Below are positions 25,667 to 27,002 of a stretch of 27,002 bases of DNA, piece after piece. This stretch comes from a virus (lineage: Duplodnaviria; Caudoviricetes): positions 1-27,002 of the IMG/VR virus record IMGVR_UViG_3300042542_000922. One strand, given 5' to 3'. The notes below the pieces were generated by a model. The model worked only from the letters and a program-made list of their open reading frames with translations, did no database searches and was not told the DNA's origin. Made by a program: the position numbers and the translations under genes. Each line of letters opens with the position of its first letter. Positions within the stretch are counted from its first letter, which is position 1.

Positions 25667-26621
25667 TTGGATAATAAGTTTTTGGAGTTATAAATGAACT
25701 TGAAGAAGATCCATCATTATCTAATGCTCTTAATAATTCATCTTCATAAAATAATTTTAATTCTTGTGTTCTTTGTGGAGCAAGTTTAAGTGATACATAA
25801 TAAGCAAGTCCCGCGCACATGCATGGAACAAATCTATATGGAACATCTGTTGCATTTGTATAAGCACCTACATCTTGAATTCTTTTTGCATAGTAATATT
25901 GAATAACGTTATTTACCTGATCTGCTCCTGGTGTTAAATATAAAGTAATTGTAATTTTATCTATAAATCTTTGTACGTAATATTGTGTTGGTTGACCTGT
26001 TGCAAATTTAGAAGATAAACCACTGTAAGCTGATCTATTAATTTTTGTAAGTGGAAAATCAACAACTGGAGTTTGTTCTGTATTTCTATAAACCATTTCT
26101 AAAATGTCATCTGGTCCATAAGTAATAGAATTATAATCATATACAGTTGCATTATCTGCATGAATTGCAGCAGTTGTACCATTAGCACCTCTGACACATC
26201 CTGTTATAGTCATAGAAGATGTATTCGTTCCTGTATAAGTAATTTGTTCTGAATCTATTAATAAAGTTCCACTTGTTGGAAATTGCCAAACTGAATCTAC
26301 TGTAATTGTTGTATCTGCTGCAGTAATTGCACCATTTAAATAACTAAGTGTTCCATCTGAAGTTCCATCAGATGTAGATCTATAGATAGTATAGGTAGAC
26401 TGACCATTAATCATGGAAATAGTATTACTTGCTACTTCCCAATAATGAAGACCTCTGTTAGCCCATTCCTGAAACATTATATTTAGAGATCTTCTTGTAG
26501 ATTCTAAATCTTGTCCAGTTCTTGGAGCAGACATACCAATTCTTTCGTAAGCCTCTTCTATAATTTTATCTATATAAAAGGTCTTTTCAAAAGTAGTTGT
26601 TCCAGAAGTAGTATTAGCCAT
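25659..26621 (-). CDS. Head-tail adaptor-like protein with an inserted beta domain
   Basis: IIEEAYER, RRSLNIMFQEWANRG, GQPTQYY, PYRF.PC..AGLAYY and YEDEL.RA motifs; Thr-rich insert ending RGANGTTAA.H. Confidence 0.7.
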   Translation of the reverse strand: MANTTSGTTTFEKTFYIDKIIEEAYERIGMSAPRTGQDLESTRRSLNIMFQEWANRGLHYWEVASNTISMINGQSTYTIYRSTSDGTSDGTLSYLNGAITAADTTITVDSVWQFPTSGTLLIDSEQITYTGTNTSSMTITGCVRGANGTTAAIHADNATVYDYNSITYGPDDILEMVYRNTEQTPVVDFPLTKINRSAYSGLSSKFATGQPTQYYVQRFIDKITITLYLTPGADQVNNVIQYYYAKRIQDVGAYTNATDVPYRFVPCMCAGLAYYVSLKLAPQRTQELKLFYEDELLRALDNDGSSSSSFITPKTYYPNV

Positions 26622-26631
26622 TTAGCTTCTC

Positions 26632-26952
26632 CTACGCTGTTAATCCAGGCCCAGAATATTTATCTGTTAGTAATGTAACCGCAGATACATTTGTCAATGT
26701 AGTTGTAAAAATTCCTTTTGGAAACAAAATTCCATCTTCAGGAAAACTAAAATTAATAACATCACCTTCTGGTACATCTGCTACAAATAAAGTAGATCCT
26801 GCAGAAGATGTTGTTTTTAAAGTAACTAACCCTGCTCCTGATCCATCAGATGCAATAATAATACCTCTTAATCTAATTGGTCCCGCTATAATTGCAGTAG
26901 AAGTATTTGCTGTAAATCTAGTTGCTTGTATATCACCTTTGTAACTTCCCAT
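26632..26952 (-). CDS. Small beta-rich virion protein (possible capsid decoration)
   Basis: 106 aa; SD AAGGAG; RLRGI and PEDGILF motifs; first gene after a strong hairpin. Confidence 0.6.
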   Translation of the reverse strand: MGSYKGDIQATRFTANTSTAIIAGPIRLRGIIIASDGSGAGLVTLKTTSSAGSTLFVADVPEGDVINFSFPEDGILFPKGIFTTTLTNVSAVTLLTDKYSGPGLTA

Positions 26953-26967
26953 TTTTTTCTCCTTGTA

Positions 26968-26993
26968 TTAAGGAGCCCTTACGAGCTCCTTAA
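26968..26993 (-). promoter_or_regulatory. GNRA-capped stem-loop (leaky terminator, stability or processing element)
   Basis: UUAAGGAGCUC-GUAA-GGGCUCCUUAA: 11-bp stem (one U-G pair) with a GUAA tetraloop on the minus strand; no long U tract. Confidence 0.6.
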
Positions 26994-27002
26994 AAATTAA
27001 TT

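Noticed and set aside
1-27002. Stop-codon reassignment, tRNA or rRNA genes
   Set aside because: The standard code gives near-complete coding coverage with normal stops; intergenic gaps are under 80 nt and show no cloverleaf.

Overview
A 27-kb segment of an AT-rich (roughly 30% GC by eye) tailed phage genome, covering the virion morphogenesis module. Gene order and protein types resemble short-tailed SAR11/Pelagibacter-type (HTVC010P-like) podophages; this assignment is recognition from memory, not a database result. All credible genes are on the minus strand, tightly packed and often coupled by TAATG/ATGA overlaps. In transcription order (right to left): capsid-associated and head-tail adaptor genes; a WG-repeat protein; a proximal tail fibre; three paralogous six-bladed Kelch-like propeller genes; a coiled-coil protein; four 2OG-Fe(II) dioxygenases interrupted by a free-standing GIY-YIG endonuclease and a ParB/Srx-like ORF; a P22 gp10-like tail hub; further tail genes; two glycosyltransferases; four predicted ejection proteins; a small membrane protein; a SpeD-like decarboxylase; and the 5' end of a gene preceded by a ROSE-like RNA thermometer (probably hsp20). 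Most interesting signals: (1) an 18-blade array with a constant framework, variable Pro-rich loops and DNA-level homogenisation, next to a hydroxylase/glycosyltransferase set that may modify it; (2) the ROSE-like thermometer; (3) shared short xxGG and GIM motifs in the ejection proteins; (4) several SD-less promoters, an in-frame mini-ORF and a possible hairpin switch. No tRNA, rRNA, CRISPR array or reverse transcriptase was seen.
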